Source: Neophaeotheca triangularis
Lineage: Eukaryota
DNA length: 64,000 nucleotides
Assembly (NCBI GenBank): GCA_054600435.1
Contig: BAAIJX010000025.1
Location: 62,001 to 126,000, forward strand
Reading direction: 5' to 3'
The position numbers were made by a program, and so were the translations under genes. The notes beneath the pieces are model-generated. The model saw nothing but the letters and a program-made list of their open reading frames with translations, had not been told where the DNA came from and ran no database searches. Shown here one piece after another: positions 34,588 through 46,232 of the stretch (position 1 is the first letter of the stretch; each line of letters opens with the position of its first letter).

Positions 34588-36564
34588 CTACTCTCCCCAC
34601 CAACCACCATGATGCCCCTTCCTACCTCCACGGTGACGTCCCTTACCACCCTTAGGATGCCACCGGTAACCTCCAAGATCCGCACCCGCTAGCTTCACCA
34701 ATTCAGGAAAGTTTGGCGTCCCAAATCCAGTCACCGGATCCCAGCCCTCGGTCGCAGGGAAACCGTCAGTATCACAGCCGTGGCTGCTGCCATTGGTGAT
34801 ATCGTTTAGACCTTTGTAACCCTTGCGGTACAACCATGGGTTCAAGAAGCCCAAAGGCGGCTTTCCAGAAGCGAGGAGAGCGTCATTGACGAGACTTATG
34901 ATGCCGCCAGTTAACGGACACGAGGCCGAGGTGCCGCTGATGGTGCCCTCGGTGCCGTTCCAGACGTAAGCGAAATAGAGGCCTTGGGCGGAGAGGTCGG
35001 GGTACGCGCGACCCACTTTGTTGTAGAGACCATCGTAGCGGCCATTGAGGTTGGTAACATAGCTGTCAACGACGTCGCGTTGATAGGCCGGGGCTTCGAA
35101 GTAGTTGCTGAAGCCCGAGCCGCTGGCGTAGAGTCCGTGGAAATTACCTTCGGAATCGTTACGAGGAGGCCTGTAAGCGACGACTTCGGGAGAAAACTCC
35201 TGGGTAGCGCCTATCGTCGTAACATACCCACAACTTGCGGGGAATGACGGCACGAACATGGTAGTGTTCTTACCATCATTGCTCAAGCATGTACCTGGGA
35301 AGCCGACGCCCCTATCGCCGCTGGAGAAGAGTAAGGACGTACCCTGGGCGCCAACACGAGCAAATTGCTGGCAAACACGTTCAGCGTAAGCTCTGGGCAC
35401 CGTTTGCTCGTCGTCGCCGTAAGAAGTGGTGATGACCTGCGGAAAGCTGCCCTGGCTGAGGAGATAATTGACCCACGTCAAGTACACCTCATTCGTGTTC
35501 GTGGGCGTGTTCAGATCGGGGGTGAATGGTGGCTCGCCGCCGGTGGACCACGCCGTGATGGGTGTGGGGTAGCTGATTCCGGCAATAGCTTGCAGGTCGA
35601 GGTTCGCCTCCCTAGAGATCCCCTCTTCCGCCTGGCTGTAGTTCAGAGCTCCGTCTTGGACTGGACCACCATTCACGGAAATCAAGTCAAAGTCGTAGGC
35701 AGTCGAGACCGCCTCTGGTCTGTACTTCGCGAGGAATTGCTCCGCGTCTGGACGGATTGGTATCTCACCCAAGTAGTTGGTGAAGCCAATCCTGTTCTTA
35801 TCTGCAGCCTTGGGCACGTATCCCTTGGTGTTGTAGAGCGCCATGAAACATTCGGGGGTCACTGAGCTGATGTTGCAGACACTATCGATGTAAGCGTCGT
35901 TCGCATGCTTGTAGTGTCCTTCCGGGAACCAGGGAGGCGAATCGATGAAGGTGGCCTTCTCGGCACCCGTGCGGAAAAATGAGGTAGTCGGCTGAATAGT
36001 ATCAATGTGCGAATGTAAGTGCTGAGGAAGTGACCACGCTGTCGTTCGCACCAGGCGGCTGCCATCCTCGTGCTCATAGTTGTGGTATTCGGTGTCAAGG
36101 AGGCGTTCGGCGTGCTCCATAGGGAGTACAAGGTGGATCCAGTCTTTGGCCGGGGTGTAATCGAAATCCTCGATCCCAGCGGCTGCAAGCCATTCGTGCA
36201 CTTTGCTCATGGTCTCGGCTGAGGGCTTGACGAGCTCGTTGACCTCTTCATTGGTGAGGTGCTGCCCATAGCGAGCATGGTCCGGGTCAGATACTGTCGA
36301 GCGTCAGTATAGGGCTTCTTCCTCGTCTTGCCTGGCGACAGCTCTACCTTCCCACAGATGGCGATCGAGCTCAGCGAAATTGCCCTGCTTGAGTGCGATC
36401 TGTAGATTGATCATGCCGGTGCCATCGGCACGGTCTTGTTTGGTCCATTGACGAGGCGGGAAGTGTGTTTCCTTGATTGAATATGGGCTCCCGGCGATGA
36501 TAGGAGAGGCGAACGTTGCCTCAAGGCCGACGGCCAGGAAGAGTAGAAGCGTGGAGAAAGCCAT
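34588..36564 (-). CDS. Secreted sedolisin-family (S53) tripeptidyl-peptidase, 640 aa; exons 36564-36348 and 36293-34588
   Basis: Signal peptide, pro-domain (VSDPDHARYGQHL), EANLD, SSGDRG, GTSAS, Ca site GWDPVTGFGTP. Confidence 0.94.
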
Positions 36565-37237
36565 GTTGCATTATCCCTGCTGGAAAGTTGGGAAAGAAAG
36601 GTCTCCACGGCGCAGAAAGGAACAAGAAGTATTTATTAAATGCTAATGTGCGCTACTCTCACAACCTACCACCTTGGGCTCGGCATTGCTCGAAGTGTTC
36701 ATGTGTTCTCGTTGTTGCTTCCGGGTCCTTTCCTCGAGACTTTGAAGCAAACCCAATACTCCATGGCACCCACGATGCCGCATGTGGAAGGTGAGGGAAA
36801 CCAACCCCGCTTTCAAGCTTCAGATCAAGACATGGCCCGGAGCTTGACCTGAGCAAGCGGCGTTGAGGAAGGAGCTTGTCATGTGTAAGGTTACAAGGTA
36901 GGTAGGTACATACCTTAGCCGGCAGATCTCTTCAAAGTCGCAATGAAGCTCAGGCTACACTCGGCTTAAGCGAGAGATAAGGTAAGCGATGCTCGGTCGC
37001 TTTTTGTCAATGGTCTGAGATCACTCACCTACAGTACCTACGGTACCTTGTTGGGTCAACGACATCACTCTATTACCTATTATCTGCAAAGAGGCAGGCA
37101 TGTCGTGGGACATTGCGATCAAGCAGCATGTACGATTGTACTTTTCCTTGTCTTCGACGGTCGTCTGATTCATATTATCGTAGCCGCCGCTCATGTCTCG
37201 AGCATCTCGCCTTCAGATTACCGACCACTGGGCGACT

Positions 37238-38286
37238 TCATTTGTGGACCTCATCGTCGTCGCCATGAAAGAACCTCAGGATCGCCTCCGCAACCAACTG
37301 TCCGTCGTGCTCCATATCCGCCGTCTCCTTAGCCTTTTCCGCATGGTCCAAATCCTTAACACCACCACTGTCAACCCTCGCCTGAATCTGCGTCTTAACC
37401 ATGCCCTCGTCGAAACCCAAGTGTCCCTGGCTCGTGAACAGTCTCTTTGGAATGTAGATACCCTGCACCTCAGTGTGTTCCGAGCTGCCCCAGATGTGCA
37501 CCTCTTGGTCCTCGTTGATGAGATCCGAAGTGCCCGAAGTGGGTGCGTGAACGACGTAGTCTTGGTGCATTTGATGCAAGTAGATGTTGTTGTTTTGCGT
37601 GTTGAATAGTTGCTTGCCGAGAGGCGTGAGCCACATCTTGGTGTGTGCGATTTCCCATTTACCGCTAGGGTGCGGGCTGACCTGAGAACCGAGCAGACGA
37701 CAGAGGATTTGGTGACCAAAGCAGACGCCGCTGAAACGCATGTCCGGACGCTTCGTCCAGAGTTCTTGAGGTGCAATGTTAGCCTTGGATTCGCTGTGCG
37801 TGCCTCAATGTCCGCCATGTGCTTACCTCTGAGCAGCTTCAACAACTTTTCAATCCACTCGTCATCGCCGTGGGCATCATACATGGAGCCAGTAATGAGA
37901 ATGGCATCGATGCCGTCGAATTCGTGGTACTCTGGGATCCTTCCACCATCCGGCTCGACGACATGGCGCATCAGAGTCTCCACGCCCAAGGGAGGGTCGT
38001 GGTTGTCGCCGGCCTTCTTGAACAAATCATCAAAGACATCGCCAAAGGTTCCTCTACGCTTCTGTGTCGCGGGCTCGGGCTCGTCGGTCTCGCAAACGAA
38101 CATGCGCACGCTGTCGTTCAGCGACGAGCGCTGGACGCGCGCATCTTGAACCATTGGGGGCTTTTGTTTCGAAGCGCGGTAATGTCGGAGGGAGTGGAAG
38201 GTTGGTAAGGTCGGTGGAAGTGGTCTGGGTCTTGTGGTCTGGCGTTGTAATAGTGTTCTGCAAAGTGTTCTGCTAGTTGCCTGCAT
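37238..38286 (-). CDS. Class I glutamine amidotransferase-like protein; exons 38286 (or 38154)-37827 and 37764-37238
   Basis: ILITGSMYDAHGD, nucleophile GVCFGHQ, HQMHQD, SQGHLGF; intron GTAAGC..CTAAC..AAG. Confidence 0.88.
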
Positions 38287-38778
38287 TTGAATCGCCTAAG
38301 GGTGGTATTCGCCTAGACAAAGACGCGCCATGGCCGTCTCGTGCAGGCGCAAGAGCAAGTGCCCTGCTTTTTGTCTTTTGACGATGTCATGCCAAGTCTC
38401 TCCCAAGGTAGCTCTCACTGAGGTCCATAGGTACCTGACCTTTACCTTTCGTAGCCACGCGTTGCTGGCACGCTGCTAACTAAGGTAATAGTGGACATTT
38501 ACATAATGGAATGTTTGTAAAGGTCGATTGAACCTGAAGTCTGGGAATGACGTTTTGTGGGCAAGTTGTGGGCCCCCGAAGTCGCTCCCCCAGCTTGGCA
38601 GTTGGGGTAGTTGACGCGGGAGCAACCCGGACATCTTGGAGATGACCTCGGGATGGTGAAGATATGGACCTAATAATTTAACCCCCCAAAGTACAGTGCA
38701 CAGTCGAAATCTAAAGTCTAACACGGCTATGGCATATCATATCGAATACACAGACGGCGCCGATTGCGGCCAATGCCC

Positions 38779-40146
38779 TTATTTCCAGCCCTTGACGGCC
38801 TTCTCCACGATTGGCCTGATCACCTTTCTACCTGCATCGGACTCGTGTGTCCAAACCATCTGTCGATGTCCCAACTTGTCGACGCCATGCCACGGCTTGA
38901 CCTCGAACTGGCCATTGTTCTCGATGGCATTGACAACGACATGGAAGAGCTCGTCCGCCTGGTCTTCGTCGATGCGGACGTCTGCCCGGGTGGTCAAAAC
39001 GATCTCGCGGATCTTTCTCTTCTTGCCCTTGTCGTCCTTGATCTTGTATTTCGTCAGGGTGACGCTGATATCGGAGTGAACTTCTGCGGTCCACGCCGCG
39101 TGCACGGCGAACCAGTCGAAGAGCTCTTGAAACTCGGTCTTGTGGATTTGGTCGTCCATAGAGTACGGTACGACAGCGAATCCAAGATTCACGGTGGGTG
39201 TGCGAGGGGATGGTGTATACACAAGGCTGCCCTTCCAGTCTCTGCGTAGTAGATCGCGAAGGGGAAGGTCGTCAATGTCCTCCTGCGCTTCGCTGAGCTC
39301 ATCGTCCAAGTCGTCCATGACGTCGCCCAGCTTTCTGTCCGCCCACGCGCTGCGCTTGAGTACCCTCTTAGCCGTCTTCTTGTCTGTCTTTGTCGTCTTC
39401 TTCGGCTTCAGGCCGCCTGAATCGATGGCAATGGCGCTCAACATCAGTTCGAGGATCTCGTGCGGCATGTGGTACTCGTTTGCCATCTTCTCAAGCTCGT
39501 CAAGCATCTGACGGGCGACGAGTGTCGTACAACTGGCAACACGCTCGCAAACTCTCGGCTTGGCATCTGGAGCTGCGCCGTGGTCTTCATGGTGATCGAA
39601 CAAGCTGAGAACTTTGGCATCATCCCATCGTCGAAGGGGCTCCTCGTGGTCCACTACAACAATGCCCTGGACTTTGCGCGACAAGGTTTCAGGATCTTCG
39701 GGCAGCTCATCGAGTGTCAGCAAGTCAGTGTGACCACTGCTCATCTTGGCCTTGCGCAACGCGAGCTTGTTTTCCGGTCGGAGATCGAGTGCGTCTGACG
39801 GCGTCTGCAGCAGAGCGATGGCCTTGATCGGGTTGGTCCTATTCTCGGTGGAATGGTGAAGGTGGTACGCCCAAGCCAGCGCAGCTGTCATGGAGTCTAG
39901 GTCGCCGCCCTCATTGCCTTGGACTAATATCCAATCTGAGGCGCGACCGAGCTGCCAATCGACTAGAAATTCTTTCTTGGTCTCACGGCACCACTCGCTG
40001 AAGTGACCGACGCCCTCTCTGTACTCGGGCATAACGTCCTTGGCGGTGTTGTCGAATACAGCTTGGTCTTGGATATTCCCGGATGTTGCAGCTTGCGATG
40101 CTGCAGCGCCCATGAGCAAGGCTGCGATTGACGTGGAGAATCGCAT
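38779..40146 (-). CDS. DHH-family exopolyphosphatase (Ppx1/Prune-like) with N-terminal signal peptide, 455 aa
   Basis: GNEGGDLDS, VVDH, FDHHED, ASCTTLV, AIAIDS, LLRRDWK motifs; hydrophobic MRFSTSIAALLMGAAASQA leader. Confidence 0.87.
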   Translation of the reverse strand: MRFSTSIAALLMGAAASQAATSGNIQDQAVFDNTAKDVMPEYREGVGHFSEWCRETKKEFLVDWQLGRASDWILVQGNEGGDLDSMTAALAWAYHLHHSTENRTNPIKAIALLQTPSDALDLRPENKLALRKAKMSSGHTDLLTLDELPEDPETLSRKVQGIVVVDHEEPLRRWDDAKVLSLFDHHEDHGAAPDAKPRVCERVASCTTLVARQMLDELEKMANEYHMPHEILELMLSAIAIDSGGLKPKKTTKTDKKTAKRVLKRSAWADRKLGDVMDDLDDELSEAQEDIDDLPLRDLLRRDWKGSLVYTPSPRTPTVNLGFAVVPYSMDDQIHKTEFQELFDWFAVHAAWTAEVHSDISVTLTKYKIKDDKGKKRKIREIVLTTRADVRIDEDQADELFHVVVNAIENNGQFEVKPWHGVDKLGHRQMVWTHESDAGRKVIRPIVEKAVKGWK

Positions 40147-40340
40147 CTTGCGAAGAGTTTGCGACCTTTGCGTCGAATTGAGGGCGACGCTTGCGCAAAT
40201 GTGAAGGAAGAAGGAGACTGTCTACTACAGGACACTACCGCACCCACCGAGGTATATGTAGTAATATGTTCAGCACTACGTAACTCGTCAGAGTGAGGCA
40301 CCTCACCCAAGGTTGGACCAAGTGGGAGGGTGCCGGTCAG

Positions 40341-40346
40341 CACGTG
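40341..40346. promoter_or_regulatory. CACGTG E-box (candidate Pho4/NUC-1/PalcA site) about 195 bp upstream of the PPX-like gene
   Basis: gCACGTGc; position and gene function fit, but a hexamer can occur by chance. Confidence 0.45.
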
Positions 40347-40662
40347 CTCTACGCGGTGACGACACATAAGCCCAGGCTTTGGTCGGCGCGCGATTCGCCC
40401 CGTTGCTAGACCCGGTCATAACATTGACGAATGAGATGGATAGGAATGTTAAACGGTTCACTTTCAAGGATTATTGGATGCTGGTAGTAGACAGTGAAAA
40501 GTATCGCGGCCAACAATAATAATGTCACTGGCATGCGCGTGCGACCGTGGCGCGGCGCGAAGTCGTGTCATTTTTTATCAACGGGCGTGGGCAGCGGCAC
40601 TTCCATCTGCATGGAAGTTCCTGCATGAGGTGGCTAGTGCACCGACAGGGATTGAAAAAGCG

Positions 40663-40680
40663 GTGGTACGATGGTACGAT
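40663..40680. promoter_or_regulatory. Tandem SRE-like elements upstream of ERG13
   Basis: GTGGTACGAT and ATGGTACGAT overlapping (reverse strand ATCGTACCAC and ATCGTACCAT), about 270-285 bp upstream of the ATG. Confidence 0.5.
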
Positions 40681-40948
40681 AACAGCAGAATTGTTGAACC
40701 AACAACATACGACAAAAACTTTTGGCTTGACCAACAACTCACGGTTTATATACTCTTACCGATACCATTCTCCCATCCTCCAACTCCCTCATCAATCTCT
40801 CCAACCTCCCCCACTTGTACGCACCCCTCAAACAAAGAATCACGAAACAATACCGTAATCCCGCAGGCATTGTTCTTCACCGCAAAAAGTTGGCATACCT
40901 CCCCTCCGATCAGCGGCACTCGAATACACCCAGCAACCTCAGCACAAC

Positions 40949-42394
40949 ATGGACGCCCGTCCTCAAAACATCGGCATCAAGGCCATTGAGCTTTACTTCC
41001 CCAGCCAAGTGAGCAAACCCTGAACTTAACCGTGGCCGTCCTCGTGGAGTGAAACGCTAACCTAAAGCCTCCAGTGCGTCGACCAAGCAGAACTCGAGAA
41101 GTTCGATGGGGTCAGCCAGGGCAAGTACACCATTGGTCTCGGCCAAACCAAAATGAGCTTCTGCGACGACCGCGAAGACATCTACTCTCTCGCCCTCACC
41201 ACAGTCTCCTCGCTGCTCAAGAAATACAATGTTGACCCCAAGAGCATTGGAAGGCTGGAAGTCGGTACTGAGACTCTGCTCGACAAGTCAAAGTCTGTCA
41301 AGTCGGTGCTGATGCAACTGTTCGCACCTTCCGGCAACACCAACGTGGAGGGTGTGGACACGGTCAATGCTTGCTACGGTGGCACGAACGCGCTGTTCAA
41401 CAGTGTCAACTGGATTGAGTCCTCCGCCTGGGATGGTCGCAACGCAATCGTGGTTGCGGGAGACATTGCACTGTACAAGAAGGGTAACGCCAGACCCACT
41501 GGCGGTGCCGGTTGCGTTGCGATGCTAGTTGGCCCTGACGCGCCGATTGCTTTCGACGCTGGCTTGAGGGGTAGCTACATCACCCATGCTTACGACTTCT
41601 ACAAGCCTGACTTGACGAGCGAATACCCCCTCGTGGACGGCCAATTCTCCATTAGGTGCTACACCGAGGCTGTGGACGCGTGCTACAAGGCCTACAACGA
41701 GCGCGAGAAGACCCTTAAGAGCAAGACAAATGGACAAGCAAACGGCACAGATGAGGGCAAGGAGACGGCGCTCGACCGCTTCGACCACATGTGTTTCCAC
41801 GCACCCACCTGCAAGCTCGTCTCCAAGAGCTACGCAAGACTACTCTACAACGACTTCCTCGCCGACCCTCAGAACCCCATGTTCAGCGAGGTCTCTGCTG
41901 AACTCAAGGACATGCCCTACGAGCAATCCGTCACCGACAAGAACGTCGAGAAGGTCTTCATGGGTCTTGCGAAGAAGCGCTTCGCCGCTCGCGTGCAGCC
42001 TTCCGTCGAGGTCCCTACCATGTGCGGCAACATGTACTGTGCTTCGGTTTACGCATCGCTTGTCTCGCTCATCGCCAACGTCTCATCCGATGACATGCAG
42101 GGCAAGCGCATTGGTATGTTCTCGTACGGTTCCGGGCTGGCTAGCTCTATGTTCTCGCTCAAGGTGCGCGGGAGCACCGAGGAGATGAGGAAGAAGGTGG
42201 ACCTGCACACGAGGCTCGATGCCAGGAGGACTGTGGCGCCCGAGGTCTACGATGAGATGTGCAACCTGAGGGAGAAGGCACATTTGAAGAAGGACTACAA
42301 GCCTCAGGGAGCAGTCGACACCATCGTGGCCGGTACTTACTACCTGACGAACGTCGACGACATGTTTAGGCGCGAGTACGAAGTCAAGCAGTAG
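40949..42394 (+). CDS. ERG13: HMG-CoA synthase, 459 aa; exons 40949-41008 and 41075-42394
   Basis: [38 protein letters not shown], catalytic NACYGGT, GNMYCAS, FSYGSG. Confidence 0.97.
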
Positions 42395-43287
42395 AGTACT
42401 TGTTACTGTTTGGGGGAGCTGGGGAGGTTAATTTTCCATTCTCCGCGACCTTCTAGTTATTTTGGCACTGGTGGACGTGGTAGCAAATCCTCCAAACCTT
42501 ATGCAATCAATGCAATCATGGGTAGATGATCACGTGAAGGGTCCGAGAAGTTGGCGCATCCGGCACAAGGGCATCGAGGGTTCGGGTCAAGAAGTTTGAG
42601 TCTGCCAGGCTTTTCTAGAATGAGAGGAGAAGCTTTCGGCGACGGCAAGAATGGTTCGACATCTTCGCAGGTGTTTTGTTAGGCGGTGTGATGTACACTG
42701 CCGTCCAAAGCATTCTTTCGCGAGCACATAGCATTGAATGGGATACCCCTCGTATTTACGATATAACAACATGTCTTTGCACTCTCTTCCTGAAAAACAT
42801 GATCAAAACTCACGCGATTTTAGGACGGCAGCCAGCAGTCTCCTGCTCGTCTATCGGGGTTGCGAGGAGAGGTTGAGTTGATGGGGACCGAAGTTAATAA
42901 TGACGGTTGCCCGAGGCACTAAATTTTCTCTGGAAACAACACGAGGCGAGGAGGAGTAGTGTGCTACCTCCTACTGCTACGGTGCTACCTCCTAGTAGAA
43001 GTACTGTGTACTTTCAGGGTCAGTCACGTTAGGCGACCTGAGGTGCCTGGGCGCCGCTCGTCCAATGACGGCATGCTTCGGGTGTTGCAGAGAATAATGG
43101 AACGTGAACCTTCTTTGATTAATTTGTGCTGTGAGTTTGTGCAAATAATGATATTAATGGAAGATGAATAACGAGGTGCAGTACAAGCAAGTATGGAACA
43201 ACATCGAGAACTACCTTACCTTACGAATTGGCTTGTAGGAAAGGGGTGGTAACTAGCAAGCAAGATGCAGTAATTTGATGGTTGAAT

Positions 43288-43337
43288 TAAATAACAATAA
43301 TAATGATAATAATGATAATAATGATAATAATAATGAT
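43288..43337. repeat. Imperfect (AAT/GAT)n microsatellite
   Basis: taaataacaataataatgataataatgataataatgataataataatgat. Confidence 0.88.
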
Positions 43338-43750
43338 ATCAGACGTGCCGGGCGCGCACTGGTGCATGCAAAAAAGTCCCGTCTTGGGCGAATCGTCGTC
43401 GGTCGAAGCTGCGCTGCTTTTGCCGGTTTAGCGCTTGCGCCAAGCGTCTTCCCGTGTTCGATCGACCAGTCGCCTGGTTCTTCCCTTTCCCCATCATCTC
43501 ACATCACAACACCCACCACCTTACGCCCTCCACGCTCTTTCTACTCACACGCCCGTTACCTCGCCTGCTACGCTCGCTATTCGCTACCTGCCTTGCCCGC
43601 CGACTCCGACCGACGTCGACCCTCTCTGGACCTGGCCTCCGCGCTGTTTTGGAGTGCATCGGGAGGCTGTGAGGCAGTTTGCTGCAGGGGGGGCTGTGTC
43701 TGGCCATTTCTCAGGCCTGCATATCGTGAACGTCTTGGTACGACACAGCA

Positions 43751-46232
43751 ATGGACGGCAGACGTACCAGCCATAGCGGCCGCGGTACGCCGACAAGGGA
43801 AAACCCCAATGTATTCGACGACGAGTTCGAGGAGGATGATTTTGATGGCTTTGGCATTGCGGACGGGTTCCGGCCCGGAGATGATGAGAGGGACGGAGCC
43901 ATGGGGGGGCAGCATCCGCCAGTGACATCGGTTTTGGCCCGCTACGCAAATACACCACTCTCGGCCATGGATGCACAACCGCCGTCGCGAGACTCCACGC
44001 GAAAGGTCAGGCCGGAAGAGGAGAATAACCCATTCGCGAGTCCCGAAGATGGGCCACTCGACCGTTCCGCGAGCATGACCAGTCACGGAACATCACAATT
44101 TGCCCCTGGAATCACCCATAGACTATCTTCAGCATCTTCACATGACTACGCACGGGGTGGAAGCCCATTTGGGGCTGTCGATGGGCCGAGCCATCCTTAT
44201 GGCATGTATGCGCAAGGCACGATACCCCGATCGCCGAGTGTGGCAACTACCGTGCAGCAAACTTCTAGCGAAAGACATTCACGAGATGGACCGACGCACC
44301 CCTACGCCTTGTATCCGCAAGGAGTAGACGCCGATGCTGATCACGAGGTGTCGCCACAGAACCCAGTTCCTGTGGGTTTCCCCGGACTTGGTCAGTCGTA
44401 CCAGAGACGGCTTGGGCCAGATGGGGAGGAACAGGACATCATCGGCGCAGACGGCCACATGGAACAGCTACCACCTTATAGCAGATACCCGGAAGATGGA
44501 CCATCAAAACCTCTGCTCGCCAGCTTGGATGTACCACCACCCGTGGCACATAGTAGAGGTCCTGTGGCTGGCAACGACCCTGGCATGCCCTTGATGCATG
44601 AGGTGCAGCAAGCGCCTGTACCGCAATCTATGACTGATGACTCTAGGTTGAACGCGCGGCGAAACCTCGACAGATCACCTTCAATGCCGAACTTGGAGCG
44701 CATGAATTCTGACACCAGCTCGGGAAACAGTGCAAGCACTAAGAAGAGCTGGAGCGAAAAGTCTTGGAAAGAGAAACGGAACACGAGGGTTGTTGGCGTC
44801 CCCTTGTGGTGGATCCTCCTCGCCGGTGGAGTCTTGGCCTTTGTTACCGTTGCAATAGGGAGTGCCATCGGGGGCTTTCTGGGCACCCAAAAGGGCGAAG
44901 ATGAAGAGTTCGTTCTCCCAAATATTTCGGAATTTCATCACATGCTAACTTCTATCTAGCGACACGCCAGCTGTCAATGTCACTGTCGTCAGCACATCGT
45001 TGTACGATGCTAGTATTATCGCAACGCCGGCTTCCTCGCTACCGCCGACAGGCACCTATGCTCTAACGCTGAGCACCCCACAAGAAACACAGGCAGGGTG
45101 CCTCGCAAACCAGGACTACGCAGCAGCATGGTCTTGCGATCTTGCGGGCGTACCGGCGGCGGCTGTCAAAGTCGGCACCGCCGAAGACGAGGACGACTCT
45201 CCTGTCGGCGCCTCACTTTACTATGCTTCTGAGAGCACCGAGGTCGAGTATGGCACGCAACGGCAGGTCCTCATGAGTGATTTTGCACCCTTCCTGGCCG
45301 TTTCCGACAATGACAATCCCGAGAATGGACCAGCATTTTACTTCCAGGCACAATACAACAAAGTGGTTGTACTGCCTGAGAATGCCTTCGACCAAAGCTC
45401 CAAATCAAAGAGACAGGCGTGGTCACTCCCTGACACGTTTTCTCAGAAGCAGGTCATTGACCCTGGTGAGAAACCTTGGTTCTGCTACTGGAACAATACA
45501 TTGCTGGAAGGATACATTTACGTCCAACAACCCGTGGCCGGTAGCTTTAGCATCAGCAGTAGTGTCGGCGGCAGCAGTTCAAGCCCTACTGTAGCCGCCT
45601 CTGCCATATCTGCCGCGATATACTCCGCTACAGCCGGGGCTTCGATAACGGCGTCGCCAACCGCCGTTGTGTCGGGAGCTCGGCCTTCGACTTCGACGTC
45701 GTCTTCGAGCATGGACGCTCTGGCGGAAGCTTTGGCAGCAACTAGTGCGACTCTTCCTGTACATGCGCCGCTGTCTACCTCCCCGGAGTCGACTCAACTC
45801 GCCCGCTTCGACTTTGAGGATCATCTGAAGAGCAAATTTGCAGAGAAAGACCACCAAGATGTCGATGATGACGACCACAACCATGACGAGGACGATGACT
45901 CCGACGAGAGTGATATTCCCCGCAAACGCTCCAATAGCGACGAAGATGGCACAGACAAGCTTCCTATCTACCCACTTCTTGTCAAGCTCGAAGAGCGTAG
46001 ATTGCCTAACAACCCCGACAAACCCTTTTGCCAGCAGTTTCAAATTCTGGACAACGGCAAACCCGGCGAGCCCCTCACGTACTCGGATGGCTCGCTCATC
46101 AAGATCGAGCTTGAGGAGAATGACCCAGAATACGGTGCCTTCGCGAGCGCTCCGGACGATAAGCTCAAGCCAAGAGTCAAGCGCGCCATGGTCCCAGGTG
46201 GTTGCCACTGCCAGTGGATGAGCGGTCAATAG
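43751..46232 (+). CDS. Hypothetical single-pass (type II) membrane protein, 809 aa; exons 43751-44907 and 44960-46232
   Basis: Disordered N-terminus, one TM (LWWILLAGGVLAFVTVAIGSAIGGFL), Cys-containing C-terminal domain (WFCYWNNT, VKLEERR, CHCQW); intron GTTCGT..CTAAC..TAG joins the two long ORFs in frame. Confidence 0.85.

Noticed and set aside
43275..43925. 216-aa ORF beginning in the AAT microsatellite
   Set aside because: TTG start, poly-N/D derived from the repeat, and out-of-frame overlap with the real gene at 43751
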